Position numbers and translations under genes: made by a program | Notes under the pieces: model-generated | The model's input: only the letters and a program-made list of their open reading frames with translations | What the model was told of the DNA's origin: nothing | The model's database searches: none | DNA from: Dehalococcoidia bacterium | GTDB lineage: Bacteria > Chloroflexota > Dehalococcoidia > Lucifugimonadales > UBA3495 | Reading direction: 5' to 3' | DNA: 64,000 bases | NCBI GenBank assembly: GCA_965219395.1 | Contig: CBDCNN010000001.1 | Span: 720,318 to 784,317 of the forward strand | Shown: one piece after another, positions 11,701-19,803 of the stretch | Layout: each line of letters opens with the position of its first letter | Position numbering within the stretch: position 1 is the stretch's first letter

Positions 11701-13384
11701 GAGTTTCACTTTCACCTGGGGCGCAAGCGGCTACGTTCGAGCGACAGGAGCTGTAACCGAATACACCATTCAGCCTGATGACGAATACACCATTCAGCCC
11801 GATGACGAAGGCAAGAGAGTGTACGTAGCCGCGTTCTTCAAAGACGACAAGGGCAATTGGGAAGTCGTTTACAGTGCACTAACGTCGGTAGTGGAGGCCC
11901 GGCCCAACAATCCAGCCACGGGTGCGCCAAGCATTAGCGGGACCGCCCAGGTGGGCGAGGCGTTGACGGCGGACACGTCGGGCATCGCCGACGCCGACGG
12001 GTTGACTAACGCTTCCTTCACCTACCAGTGGCTTGCCGACGATACCGAAATCGCAGGCGCCACCGGCTTGACCTACACCCTGACCGATAGCGACGAGGGC
12101 AAGGCCATCAAGGTGCAGGTTAGCTTCACCGACGACGCCGACAACGGTGAGTCGCTGACCAGCGCGGCTACGGACGCAGTGGCGGCAGCGCCCACGCCCA
12201 ACAGTCCTGCCACCGGCGCGCCGACCATCAGCGGAACGGCCCAGGTAGGCGAGACGCTGACGGCGAACACATCGGGCATCGCCGACGCCGACGGGCTCAG
12301 CAACGTCCGGTACGAGTACCAGTGGCTGGCGGACGATGCCGACATCGCGGGTGCTACCGGCTTGACCTACACCCTGGCCGACACCGACGAGGGCCAGGCC
12401 ATGAAGGTGGAAGTCACCTTCACCGACGACGCGGGTAATGATGAGACGCTGACCAGCGCGTCAACGGACGCTGTGGCGGCGGTCCAGACCAATTCTCCTG
12501 CCACCGGAGCGCCAACGATTACAGGCACGGCCCAGGTCGGCCAGACACTCACCGCCGACACGTCGGGCATCGCCGACGCTGACGGTCTTGGCAGCGTCCA
12601 GTACAAGTACCAGTGGCTGGCCGACGACGCCGAAATCGCGGACGCTACCAGCTCCACCTACACCCTACTCGCTGAAGACGAGGGCCAGGTCATCAAGGTT
12701 CGGGTCAGCTTCACCGACGACCAGGGCAACGAGGAGTCACTGACCAGCGGAGCAACGGACACGGTGGCCGGTACGCAACCCACGGAGCCGCCGGACAAGC
12801 CCACGGGCCTCGAAGCCACGGCAACCCACGACTCGGTGACCCTCACCTGGGACGACCCCGGCGACGACAGCATCACCGGCTACGTCATCCTGCGGCGCAT
12901 TCCCGGGGTAGACCCGGAGGGCCAGTTCGATGAGCTGGTCTCGGACACGGGAACGGCGGCAACCACCTATACCGACGACACGGTGGCGTCTGAGACTCGC
13001 TATACCTACCGGATCAAGGCGATCAACGGGGCTGGAACGAGTGAACGCTCCCGGTGGGTGCACATCGACACTCCGGCAGCGCCCGTACCCGACAAGCCCA
13101 CGGGCCTCGAAGCCACGGCGTCGCACAACTCGGTGACCCTCAGTTGGGACGACCCCGGCGACGACTCCATCACCGGCTACGTGATCCTGCGGCGCGTCCG
13201 CGTGAACGATACCGGGGGCGACTTCAGTGTATTGGTCGCGGACACGGCCAGCGCCGCCACCACCTACACCGACGACACGGTGGCGCCCGGCACCACGTAC
13301 ACCTACCGGATCAAGGCCATCAACGAGCACGGGGTGAGCGAGCGGTCCCGCTGGTACCACATCGACATCCCGGAGGCCCCGTAG
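2741..13384 (+). CDS. Giant secreted repeat protein (3547 aa): signal peptide, FN3-like modules, two 'HDG...CT.DGR' modules, 16 x ~97-aa repeats, duplicated 119-aa module, embedded HExxH metallopeptidase-like module
   Basis: Uninterrupted 10.6-kb ORF with AAGGAG about 10 nt upstream of the ATG. The N-terminus 'LKPASLLLAAAVLLVFIAVDAASSPVQAQ' looks like a signal peptide. HEMAH lies at nt 10784-10798. The C-terminal pair of FN3-like modules is nearly identical to those of the two neighbouring genes. Confidence 0.9.
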   Translation: MTNGLSPAGLIARSAAFARSLAPRKPFPFRQRRGGVRSALKPASLLLAAAVLLVFIAVDAASSPVQAQDATITSLLSRLDVRVVSSGATTQSAGYDASNSQGSLSPAGFNYPAGFGPWYMVEALAVNQGTTGNPTSVVISVRGTVTSVASSGTHRAHVLPSGASITLHLEGENFSKSYSLKNPNERTVTKCADVDEEGNETERHCRVGETTTEEYDWTTSLPPRLANGDKVIVRLRYKAPRPAKPGTPTVTVPTGKSGALVVEWTVPMIDDPDSTDDSDVIPDPKVRGYEVHLSPAAGETEASGVTKTTGGSTTRLPVLLLDPDTAYDVRVRARTYLASGPWSETATATTNALQGANNPQVELDLNDVTEVKQGDSLPLRLKVTSMPNLHAGAFDMYLGERIDNYDVEFRVLGGIAEWYEYEDGGGGCGGGAFYGGGLTIGEDGEVYHDFGSLMVPDNKSDYGPLYIWLGSGCGTQPHSQFSIGSTANSRATALCVEIADDSNTVPTGRACSTEGSAGHAVDRLTGRFVNVPKSHDGESEFTLRLAFVKDVGISPTSLLEDALAATGGAVTQVQRVDDRSDLFEITVEPDSDEDVTITLSSSGDCGEAGSICTREEDPRKLDNSPTATVAGPILTANFQGLPSQHDGETAFRFRIAFSDEIATDAAEFRDHSVEVWGGEVTRAEPVGQRRDLWEVEVEPASDDMVMVSLKLTQSCAATGAVCTAGGRLLSVVPATMVPGPATWPVQITGEARVGKTLTADSSNLSERYGVQVTSMTYRWLADGARVPGAIGRTYQPDDDQQGKRISVMATYTDDRGNEETVTSGPTEPLAARERIRRATGLPLISGRALVGHTLTADTSLIIDANGLENAVFHYFWEADDDSIPDATDPTYTPVEADVGKEITFIVAWVDDAGHGQNMTSQPTMPVMTAEAAAAVEFRKSLRVAANADGSVTLYWNAPDDEVTGYRILRHRHSLGELDPLVYVADTGSTATAYTDTGMVAGVPHNYRVQAIRDGVLGERTIQIKIFPVRKATNSPATGAPAISGTAQVGETLTADISGIADADGLENVTKNYLWAAIGSSGKIGSKYAYQWLADGAGSGSGDHHAGYNNTTYTLTEDDVGKAMSVRVTFVDDAGYQETLTSAATDAVAPLPQPNSPARGAPTIGGTAQVGETLTVDTSGITDEDGLDDSTFTHQWVREDSVMVASAARSYTPTDGDRGKSVKVRVSFTDDAGNRETRTSTQTATVEGQANGQEGNSPATGLPTISGTAQVGETLTAGITGIADADGLSGETFTYQWVSGDGTTDTDMENATGSTYTLAAADQGRFVKVRVTFTDEGGNEETLTSAPTAPVWGDGPPGAPRNLAATPGNKEVTLSWEPPDDNGNAPATGYRIEWRVDGKDYDKNIWGTARSTSYTTNDQANLANGVKYFFRVRAGNGRGYSYGPASGEVSATPTSGSAVDLGTPVLSNTENLHHGMVQLDWEDVEDAGWYVVQYYHLDGGGGEWVDLPAAGVDIAFHGSSAVVSNLHGLSWLRVRAMSCAGESEWSQIEQSFGTNASDWEGVPVPEVAEGDEIEPCPVVLGTPVLSDTETLHHGMVQLDWEDIEDAGWYVVQYYHVDGGSGEWLDLPAAGVDIAFHGSSAVVSNLHGLSWLRVRAMSCAGESEWSQIEQSFGTNASDWEGVPVPEVAEGDEIEPCSEDADTPDNSPATGAPTISGTARVEETLEADTSGVADADGLSNVQYEYQWLANDSAISGATNATYSLAAADEGYAIKVQVSFTDDAGNEETLTSAATDVVAAEPQTNSPATGAPTIIGTAQVGETLTADTSDIADDDGLNNVQYEYQWLADDSDIAGATGSTYTVADTDEGKAIKVEVTFIDDSGNDESLTSAATDAVAAAPTPNSPATGAPTITGTVQVGDTLTADMSEVADADGLSNVQYEYQWLSDDSDIAGTTGSTYTLADTDEGKAIKVRVSFTDDAGNEETLTSAATDAVAAAALPPPPDNLRAVTQKSGAVELTWDAPQDVTVIGYRIERRPASGDHGDQQRSAGSPRDHHTLVEDTGSADTGYTDNTAQKGVGYEYRVSARNEAGAGEESDWVNTEEEAASNSPATGTPTISGTAQVGKILTADTSGIADEDGLSKVQYEYQWLADDADISGATNAAYTLVAEDEGKAIKVQVSFTDDAGNEETLTSAATAAVSAANTPATGAPTISGTAQVEETLTANTSGAADVDGLSNVQYEYQWLANDSDISGATNATYTLVAADEGKVIKAQVTFTDDQGNEESLTSAGTAAVSAANTPATGAPTIIGTAQVGEALAVDTSGIADADGLGSVQYEYQWLADDSEISGATNATYTLADTDEGKAIKVRVSFTDDAENEETLTSGATAAVVARPDSPTTGAPSISGTAQVGETLAVDTSGIADADGIVNATFSYQWLADDAAIAGATGYTYTLSDTDEGKAIKVQVNFTDDEGNAETLTSAATAAVTAAPPSITPGEPQNLELTPVAVGTNGVGIKVFWDAPSATGGSDISGYRIQWKGGSQDYPDDQETRQAFVDNAPYTIDTSSPTPIEGDELTVRVAAVSGAGAGVWTEKVGWLPSHTDLELWLLMKEYADEKQTTFPWVLETWNYLDRYEVPVEVGPTPGLGSVPLLPCVPSYTDGDDGLKECHVDKFKILQIEDPKPRIIIHEMAHAYSLANRVTEGPGPLAIAHLYFDSLNLQGGLRGCEPRELYADVLTMLTLDIDESSYWKTCNGDNAQREAQALDVLRSAVDGEMPQWFADTYTDAEDEPDLERLWTDVQDLPRIERNVAVYQLRDAFGGYCNNRLTWKSMQYSEDKLTQPWMDGGCPPPEPSSLEVTPGEGELTLAWDAPASDGDSDVEGYIVQWKSVYKSYDDWATRRWRAVLDSPTSLTYTISGLGNGIEYDVRVRAYNAIGPGQPLDVESVTTSEPAIPAIPENTRPTGVPTITGTAQVGEVLTVDTSGISDEDGMESASFTFTWGASGYVRATGAVTEYTIQPDDEYTIQPDDEGKRVYVAAFFKDDKGNWEVVYSALTSVVEARPNNPATGAPSISGTAQVGEALTADTSGIADADGLTNASFTYQWLADDTEIAGATGLTYTLTDSDEGKAIKVQVSFTDDADNGESLTSAATDAVAAAPTPNSPATGAPTISGTAQVGETLTANTSGIADADGLSNVRYEYQWLADDADIAGATGLTYTLADTDEGQAMKVEVTFTDDAGNDETLTSASTDAVAAVQTNSPATGAPTITGTAQVGQTLTADTSGIADADGLGSVQYKYQWLADDAEIADATSSTYTLLAEDEGQVIKVRVSFTDDQGNEESLTSGATDTVAGTQPTEPPDKPTGLEATATHDSVTLTWDDPGDDSITGYVILRRIPGVDPEGQFDELVSDTGTAATTYTDDTVASETRYTYRIKAINGAGTSERSRWVHIDTPAAPVPDKPTGLEATASHNSVTLSWDDPGDDSITGYVILRRVRVNDTGGDFSVLVADTASAATTYTDDTVAPGTTYTYRIKAINEHGVSERSRWYHIDIPEAP
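4966..12775 (+). repeat. Same ~291-297-bp coding repeat family, 16 copies in five blocks (about 4966-5520, 5833-6800, 7846-8715, 9050-10190, 11596-12775)
   Basis: Copies were counted from the translated ORF. The early copies are divergent. The later copies are very similar to each other and to those in the neighbouring genes. Confidence 0.8.
7121..7822 (+). repeat. Near-identical tandem duplication, 2 x 345 bp with 357-bp period (119-aa module 'GTPVLS.TE.LHHGMVQLDWED.EDAGWYVVQYYH.DGG.GEW.DLPAAGVDIAFHGSSAVVSNLHGLSWLRVRAMSCAGESEWSQIEQSFGTNASDWEGVPVPEVAEGDEIEPC')
   Basis: Copy 1 spans 7121-7465 and copy 2 spans 7478-7822. The two differ at only a handful of positions. Confidence 0.9.
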
Positions 13385-13584
13385 CAGGTATCGAGGACTG
13401 TGAACGCGAGGGAACCACCCGCACGAAGAGCAATGAAAAAAGCGAGCACATATGGACGGGTGAGGCAAGCGTGTCGGAGCGGAAACGGGAGCGCCCAAGG
13501 TCTGGGGCTGACGCCTGCGGACCGGGCGGGCGGCGTCCCATACCCCCGTACAAGCACACGAGTAACCATGCCTCGTACCGTTAG

Positions 13585-16500
13585 ATGACCAGTCCCCATC
13601 CTGTTCGCCGCCATAACTGCGCGGTGTCCCTGGCAATGAATGTGCGCCGCGCGCAGAGCACTCCGTTCCTGCCCTCGCTGGCGCTGGCCGCCGTGGCGTG
13701 GCTCGCGCTTTTCGGCGCCCTCGCTCTGCCTGCGACGACGCAGGCGCAGACGGAGATCACCCTGGTCAGCAACATCGAGCAGGGCAACACCGGTTCGAGA
13801 ACGATTCGTGAGGGTCGGCGCGGACTGACGTTTACCACCGGTCCGAATACGTCCAGGTACATTTTGAGCAATGTGGAGGTTGTATCCGTCGATGCGGAAG
13901 GCACCCCGTTCGACATATGGCTTTGCACGGTCGTCAGTGACGCCCAGCCCACCTCGAATTGCACAAAGCTCGATCGGCCGGACAGCCTTACGGCGGGAAC
14001 GCTTTCCTTCGACGTACCGCCGGCAGTGACGAATTTTCACGGGGATGGTCATCCTACTTTTATATGGCACACACTCGCGCCGAACAAGACCTATGCCCTG
14101 CTGTTCCACACCTATTCCACCGTGGATCTGGGTATCACCACCAACGACGGTGAGGACGAGGGGCACGAGGAAGGCTGGACAATAGGAAACGCGTACTTGT
14201 ACGAGAGCTTCGGTACTGGTTGGGTCGCCGATACTTCGGGCAGGTCGTTCCGCATCGCCATCAAGGGCGGTCCGGCGACCGCAGGGCTGGACACGTATCC
14301 GCTGGAGTCGACCGACGCGGCGCTGAGCGCGCTGGTCGTCAAAGATGGCACCTCGGACCTGACGCTGACGCCGACCTTCGCGTCTGGCACGACCTCCTAC
14401 GCGGTCTCGGTGGGGTACGCCGTCGACGAGGTGACGGTGAAGCCGAGCAAGAGCGACGACAACGCGACGGTCGAATACTTGGACGCCAGCGACAATGCGC
14501 TCGCCGATGCCGACGCCACGGAGAGGGGCCAGCAGGCGGCGCTGGCGGTGGGGGAGAACACCATCAAGGTGAAGGTGACGGCCGAGGACCGCCCGACGAC
14601 GCAGACCTACACCGTGACGGTGACTCGCGCGTCGGAAACGACGCCCACCAACCTGACCGCGGAGGCCGTCGCGCCGATGCGGGTCACGCTCGAATGGGAC
14701 AGGACCCTACCGTCCCCAAAGATCATCGATCGCGACGACGGCTACAAGATCGAATGGTCCGCCGACGGCAGCACGTCGTGGACGTCGCTGGTGAACTACA
14801 CGAACCAGCACGGCACGTTCGATATCTGGTGCACGTGCTACCCCATGCGATTCAACGACGACACCATCACGCCCGGGACCACGCGCTACTACCGGGTCAA
14901 GGCGGTCGACGACGACGAGGAGAGCGCCTGGTCCGACGTGGTCAGCGCCACGACGCCGGCGCTGGTGGACTCCGACGGAGGACGGATCGAGTTTGGCGCG
15001 GTGGTTTCGGAACTCGACGCGCTCAACGATCAGAAAGTGTTCCGAATCGGCCTGGAGAGCGAGGAGTACCGGTTCATGGTCCGCGGGAAGGCGCCGAAGC
15101 ACCGGGTGACCGTGACCGATCAGGGCGGCACGGAGATCGAGAACTTCGTGCTGGAAGCGGGCAACGGGCTCTCACCGAGAATCACGGCGCAGAGCCCAGG
15201 CGAACACCAAGTCAAGATCTCGCATGGTGGGGGTTTCGGCAACGCTGGGGGCGGGGGCCTGAACGCGGGATGGTTCCAGTTCCAGCTCGTGCCGGTGAGC
15301 GACCCGGCGGTGGGTACGCTGCGTCTGCCAGACACTCCCGGCTTAAACGCGGTACTGAGCACCTACGGCGACGTTGACGGGGCCGAAGTCGCAGTGCAGC
15401 CGGGCAAGGCGTATGCCGTCCGGGTCCGGGGCCGCGAGACGGGTCACGGCACGGCCGCGACGCCACGAATCAAGCGCGCAAGGCCGCCGTCGAACTACGA
15501 GCACAACATGGGCAAGCCGTGGGTGGACGGCGTGACCACTACTGCGGCGTCGACTCTCTGCCATAACTTTGCTGAACCGGAGAAATGCGAATTTCAGGCC
15601 TTCGTCATCGACCTGCGCGGGCAGACCGGGGCGGAGCAAACGTGGCAGATCATCGTCGCCCCGACGGCGCGACCCCGCACCTGGCCGTACCCTGTGGGCA
15701 CCTATCTGGTTGATCTTCGGGAGCTTTCGTCCAGCCAACTGGCAGGCGTGAGGATGCCGCTACGGGCGTGGTTCGCGTCGCAGCCGGAGCAGCACGACGG
15801 GTCGAAGCGGATCAAGGTCCGGGTGGCGTTCAGCGAGTCGCCTGAGAACGTGGGCGCGGACGGCGTGAGCGTCGATGGCGGCGAAGTGACGTCGGTGCGC
15901 CCGGTGGACGGACAGGCAAAGGGCGGCAGTGCGGAGCGCAAGGGGGCCCGCTCGGCCGGCGGTCAGGACGAACGGCCGGAAGACCGCGAGGTGGTGTGGG
16001 AGCTCGAGATCGATCCTGACTCCGACGAGGACGTGACGATATCGCTGGAGGCGTGGCGTCCGTGCAACGAGCCGGGCGCGATCTGCACCGCCGACGGCCG
16101 GACCCTCTCCACGGCGATCTCGACGACGGTGCGGGGACCGGACGAGGTGGCGGCCCCCGAGCCGCCCGACAAGCCCACCGGCCTCTCCGCCACGGCAACC
16201 CAGGACTCTGTGACCCTAACCTGGGACGACCCCCAGGACGAGAGCATCACCGGCTACGTGATCCTGCGGCGCGTCCGCGTCAACAATCAAGGCGGCGACT
16301 TCAGTGTACTGGTCGCGGACACGGCCAGCGCCGCCACCACCTACACCGACAACACGGTGGCGGCCAGCACCACCTACACCTACCGGATCAAGGCCACCAA
16401 CGAGCACGGGGTGAGCGAGCGGTCCCGCTGGTTCCACATCGACACCCCGGCCGCGCCGGAGGCCGAGGAGGAGCAGGCTGCCGAACCCCCCGACAAGCCC

Positions 16501-19437
16501 AAGGGCCTCTCCGCCACGGCAACCCACGACCAAGTGGTCCTGACCTGGGACGACCCCGGCGACGACAGCATCACCGGCTACGTGATCCTCAGGCGCAACC
16601 GGGACGACGACCCCAAGGGCCACTTCGATGAACTGGTGGAGAACACGGGGACGGCGGCCACAACCCACACCGACGATACGGTAGAGGCCAATACCAACTA
16701 CACCTACCGGATCAAGGCCATCAACGGGGCCGGAACGAGTGAACGCTCGCGCTGGTTCCACATCGACACTCCGGCGTCTCCGGCTCCCGAACCGGCCAAC
16801 AGCCCGGCCACCGGAGCGCCAACTATCAGCGGCACCACCCAGGTGGGGGGGACGCTGACGGTTGACACGTCGGGCATCGCCGACGCCGACGGGCTCAGCG
16901 ACGTCCAGTACGAGCACCAGTGGCTGGCCGACGACGCCGAAATCGCAGGCGCTATCGGGTCCACCTACACCCTGGCCGACGTCGACGAGGGCAAGGCCAT
17001 CAAGGTGGAGGTGAGCTTCACCGACGACGCGGGTAACAGTGAGGCTCTAACCAGCGGGGCGACGGACGCGGTTGCGGCAGCGTCCACGCCCAACAGCCCA
17101 GCCACTGGAGCGCCGGCCATCAGCGGAACGGCGCAGGTGGGCGAGACGCTGGCGGCGGACATGTCGGGCATCTCCGACGCCGACGGGCTTGGCAGCGTCC
17201 GGTACGAGTACCAGTGGCTGGCCGACGACGCCGAAATCGCGGGCGCTACCGGCTCGACCTACACCCTGGCCGACACCGATGAGGGCAAGGCCATCAAGGT
17301 GCAGGTCGGCTTCACCGACGACCAAGGCAACGAGGAGACGCTGACCAGCGGAGCAACGGCCGCGGTGGTAGCCCGTCCCAACAGTCCGGCGACGGGTGCG
17401 CCCACCATCAGTGGCACGGCCCAGGTGGGCGAGACGCTGACGGCGGACACGTCTGGGGTCTTGGACGCCGATGGGCTGACAAACCCTGCCTTCACCTACC
17501 AGTGGCTGGCCAACGACGCCGAAATCGCGGGGGCCACCGGCTTGACCTACACCCTGGCCGACATCGAAGAAAGCAAGAGAGTCAAGGTGCAGGTGTCCTT
17601 CACCGACGACGAAGGGAACAGCGAGACGCTGACCAGCGCGGCGACGGACGCGGTCGATGCCCGGCCCAACAGCCCTGCCACCGGAGCGCCAACGATTGCA
17701 GGCACGGCCCAGGTGGGAGAGACACTTACCGCGGACACGTCGGGCATCGCCGACGCCGACGGGCTTGGCAACGTCCAGTACGAGTACCTGTGGCTTGCCA
17801 ACGACTCCGACATATCAGGAGCGACCAGCGCCACCTACACCCTGGCAGCCGCCGACGAAGGCAAGGCTATCAAGGTGCGGGTTAGCTTTACCGACGACGC
17901 GGGCAATGAGGAGACGCTGACCAGCGCGGCGACGGACGCTGTGGCGGCGGAACCCCAGACCAACACTCCGGCCACCGGAGCGCCAACCATCAGCGGGACG
18001 GCGCAGGTGGGCGAAACGCTGACGGCTAACACGTCGGGCATCGCCGACGCCGACGGTCTTGGCAGCGTCCAGTACGAGTACCAGTGGCTTGCCGACGACG
18101 CCGATATCGCAGGCGCTACCGGCTTAACCTACACCCTGGCCGATAGCGAAGAAAGCAAGGCCATTACGGTGCAGGTGAGCTTCACCGACGACGCCGACAA
18201 CGAGGAAACGCTGAGCAGCGAGGCAACGGGCGCGGTGGATGCCCGGCCCAATTCCCCTGCCACCGGAGCGCCAACCATCAGCGGGACGGCGCAGGTGGGC
18301 GAGACGCTGACGGCTAACACGTCGGGGATCGCCGATGCCGACGGGCTTGGCAACGTCCAGTACGAGCACCAGTGGCTTGCCGATGATGCCGACATCGCGG
18401 GTGCTACCGGCTTGACCTACACCCTGGCCGACGCCGACGAGGGCAAGGCCATCAAGGTGCGGGTTAGCTTTACCGACGACGCGGGCAACGGTGAGACGCT
18501 GACCAGCGCGGCCACGGATGCTGTGGCGGCAGCACCCACGCCCAACAGTCCGGCGACGGGAGCACCAACCATCAGCGGGATAGCCCAGGTGGGTGAGACA
18601 CTCACGGCAGACACGTCGGGGATCGCCGACGCTAATGGTCTTAGCAACGTCCAGTACGAGTACCAGTGGCTTGCAGACGACGCCGACATATCGGGAGCGA
18701 CCAACGCCACTTACACCTTGGCGGACGCCGATGAGGGCAAGGCTATCAGTCTACGGGTGAGTTTCACCGACGACGCCGGTAACGAGGAGACGCTGACCAG
18801 CGCGGCTACGGAAGTGGTGGCCGGTGCGCAACCCGCGGAGCCACCGGACAAGCCTAGGAATCTCTCCGCCACAGCGACCCACGACTCTGTGACCCTCACC
18901 TGGGACAACCCCGGCGACGACTCCATCACCGGCTACGTCATCCTGCGGCGCATTCCCGGGGTCGACCCGGAGGGCCAGTTCGATGAGCTGGCGGCGAACA
19001 CGGGGACGGCGGCAACCACCTATACCGACGACACGGTGGCGTCTGAGACTCGCTATACCTACCGGATCAAGGCGATCAACGGGGCCGGAACAAGTGAACG
19101 CTCCCGGTGGGTGCACATCGACACTCCGGCAGCGCCCGTACCCGATAAGCCCACGGGCCTCGAAGCCACGGCTTCCCACGACCAGGTGGTCCTCACCTGG
19201 GACGACCCCGGCGACAACTCCATCACCGGCTACGTCATCCTGCGGCGCGTCCGCGTGAACGATACCGGGGGCGACTTCGATGTATTGGCCGCGGACACGG
19301 CCAGCGCCGCGACCACCTACACCGACGACACGGTGGCGGCCAGCACAACTTACACCTACCGCATCAAGGCCATCAACGAGCATGGGATCAGCGAGCGCTC
19401 CCGCTGGGTCCACATCGACACTCCAGCGGCCCCGTAG
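13585..19437 (+). CDS. Giant secreted repeat protein (1950 aa): signal peptide, cadherin-like beta-sandwich module, FN3-like modules, 'HDG...CT.DGR' module, 7 x ~97-aa repeats
   Basis: Uninterrupted 5.85-kb ORF; an alternative start is ATG 13636 ('MNVRRAQSTPFLPSLALAAVAWLALFGALALPATTQAQ', signal-peptide-like). 'DAALSALVVKDGTSDLTLTPTFASGTTSYAVSVGYAVDEVTVKP...TIKVKVTAEDRPTTQTYTVTVTR' matches the cadherin-like beta-sandwich pattern. The repeat and FN3 tail is shared with the upstream paralogs. Confidence 0.9.
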   Translation: MTSPHPVRRHNCAVSLAMNVRRAQSTPFLPSLALAAVAWLALFGALALPATTQAQTEITLVSNIEQGNTGSRTIREGRRGLTFTTGPNTSRYILSNVEVVSVDAEGTPFDIWLCTVVSDAQPTSNCTKLDRPDSLTAGTLSFDVPPAVTNFHGDGHPTFIWHTLAPNKTYALLFHTYSTVDLGITTNDGEDEGHEEGWTIGNAYLYESFGTGWVADTSGRSFRIAIKGGPATAGLDTYPLESTDAALSALVVKDGTSDLTLTPTFASGTTSYAVSVGYAVDEVTVKPSKSDDNATVEYLDASDNALADADATERGQQAALAVGENTIKVKVTAEDRPTTQTYTVTVTRASETTPTNLTAEAVAPMRVTLEWDRTLPSPKIIDRDDGYKIEWSADGSTSWTSLVNYTNQHGTFDIWCTCYPMRFNDDTITPGTTRYYRVKAVDDDEESAWSDVVSATTPALVDSDGGRIEFGAVVSELDALNDQKVFRIGLESEEYRFMVRGKAPKHRVTVTDQGGTEIENFVLEAGNGLSPRITAQSPGEHQVKISHGGGFGNAGGGGLNAGWFQFQLVPVSDPAVGTLRLPDTPGLNAVLSTYGDVDGAEVAVQPGKAYAVRVRGRETGHGTAATPRIKRARPPSNYEHNMGKPWVDGVTTTAASTLCHNFAEPEKCEFQAFVIDLRGQTGAEQTWQIIVAPTARPRTWPYPVGTYLVDLRELSSSQLAGVRMPLRAWFASQPEQHDGSKRIKVRVAFSESPENVGADGVSVDGGEVTSVRPVDGQAKGGSAERKGARSAGGQDERPEDREVVWELEIDPDSDEDVTISLEAWRPCNEPGAICTADGRTLSTAISTTVRGPDEVAAPEPPDKPTGLSATATQDSVTLTWDDPQDESITGYVILRRVRVNNQGGDFSVLVADTASAATTYTDNTVAASTTYTYRIKATNEHGVSERSRWFHIDTPAAPEAEEEQAAEPPDKPKGLSATATHDQVVLTWDDPGDDSITGYVILRRNRDDDPKGHFDELVENTGTAATTHTDDTVEANTNYTYRIKAINGAGTSERSRWFHIDTPASPAPEPANSPATGAPTISGTTQVGGTLTVDTSGIADADGLSDVQYEHQWLADDAEIAGAIGSTYTLADVDEGKAIKVEVSFTDDAGNSEALTSGATDAVAAASTPNSPATGAPAISGTAQVGETLAADMSGISDADGLGSVRYEYQWLADDAEIAGATGSTYTLADTDEGKAIKVQVGFTDDQGNEETLTSGATAAVVARPNSPATGAPTISGTAQVGETLTADTSGVLDADGLTNPAFTYQWLANDAEIAGATGLTYTLADIEESKRVKVQVSFTDDEGNSETLTSAATDAVDARPNSPATGAPTIAGTAQVGETLTADTSGIADADGLGNVQYEYLWLANDSDISGATSATYTLAAADEGKAIKVRVSFTDDAGNEETLTSAATDAVAAEPQTNTPATGAPTISGTAQVGETLTANTSGIADADGLGSVQYEYQWLADDADIAGATGLTYTLADSEESKAITVQVSFTDDADNEETLSSEATGAVDARPNSPATGAPTISGTAQVGETLTANTSGIADADGLGNVQYEHQWLADDADIAGATGLTYTLADADEGKAIKVRVSFTDDAGNGETLTSAATDAVAAAPTPNSPATGAPTISGIAQVGETLTADTSGIADANGLSNVQYEYQWLADDADISGATNATYTLADADEGKAISLRVSFTDDAGNEETLTSAATEVVAGAQPAEPPDKPRNLSATATHDSVTLTWDNPGDDSITGYVILRRIPGVDPEGQFDELAANTGTAATTYTDDTVASETRYTYRIKAINGAGTSERSRWVHIDTPAAPVPDKPTGLEATASHDQVVLTWDDPGDNSITGYVILRRVRVNDTGGDFDVLAADTASAATTYTDDTVAASTTYTYRIKAINEHGISERSRWVHIDTPAAP
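16798..18825 (+). repeat. Same coding repeat family, 7 tandem copies
   Basis: Seven consecutive 'N(S/T)PATGAPTI.G.AQVGETLTA.TSGI.DA.GL' units. Confidence 0.9.
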
Positions 19438-19762
19438 CAGATATCGGGGACTGTGAACGCGAGGGTACCATCCGCATGAGCGACGGCAGAAAGTTGCCCG
19501 GCGAGTTGGTGCCGACCGCCAGCGGTCCGGGCCGGTAGAGGGCAACAAAAAAAGCCCGTACACCCTGCACACATGGAAGGAGATGGGGAGTCCGCCACAG
19601 CCCTTGGGGCAAGCAAGCGGTTGGCCTCCCCCAGGGCTCCGGGACGGGCTGACTGCGGACGCTTGCGCTCCGCACGCCGTCCCGCCTGGGGTTTCCGTCC
19701 TGCGGAAGGACCGGACGATGCAGAGAGAGCGAGTTGACCACAGCAGAATAGTCTACGTCCTC

Positions 19763-19799
19763 GGGTCGACTCCGGTAGGGGGCAGAATCGTAGGTTAAG
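19763..19799. repeat. Tn3-family-type terminal inverted repeat (one end only)
   Basis: 'GGGTCGACTCCGGTAGGGGGCAGAATCGTAGGTTAAG' starts GGGTC and ends GTTAAG, like the canonical 38-bp Tn3 IR. It lies 4 nt outside the stop codon of the tnpA remnant. Confidence 0.5.
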
Positions 19800-19803
19800 T
19801 CCG

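Noticed and set aside
799-18825. The regular ~291-297-bp periodicity could be mistaken for a repeat array such as CRISPR or satellite DNA
   Set aside because: The units are far longer than CRISPR repeats and have no unique spacers. They lie in one continuous reading frame encoding a protein-domain repeat.
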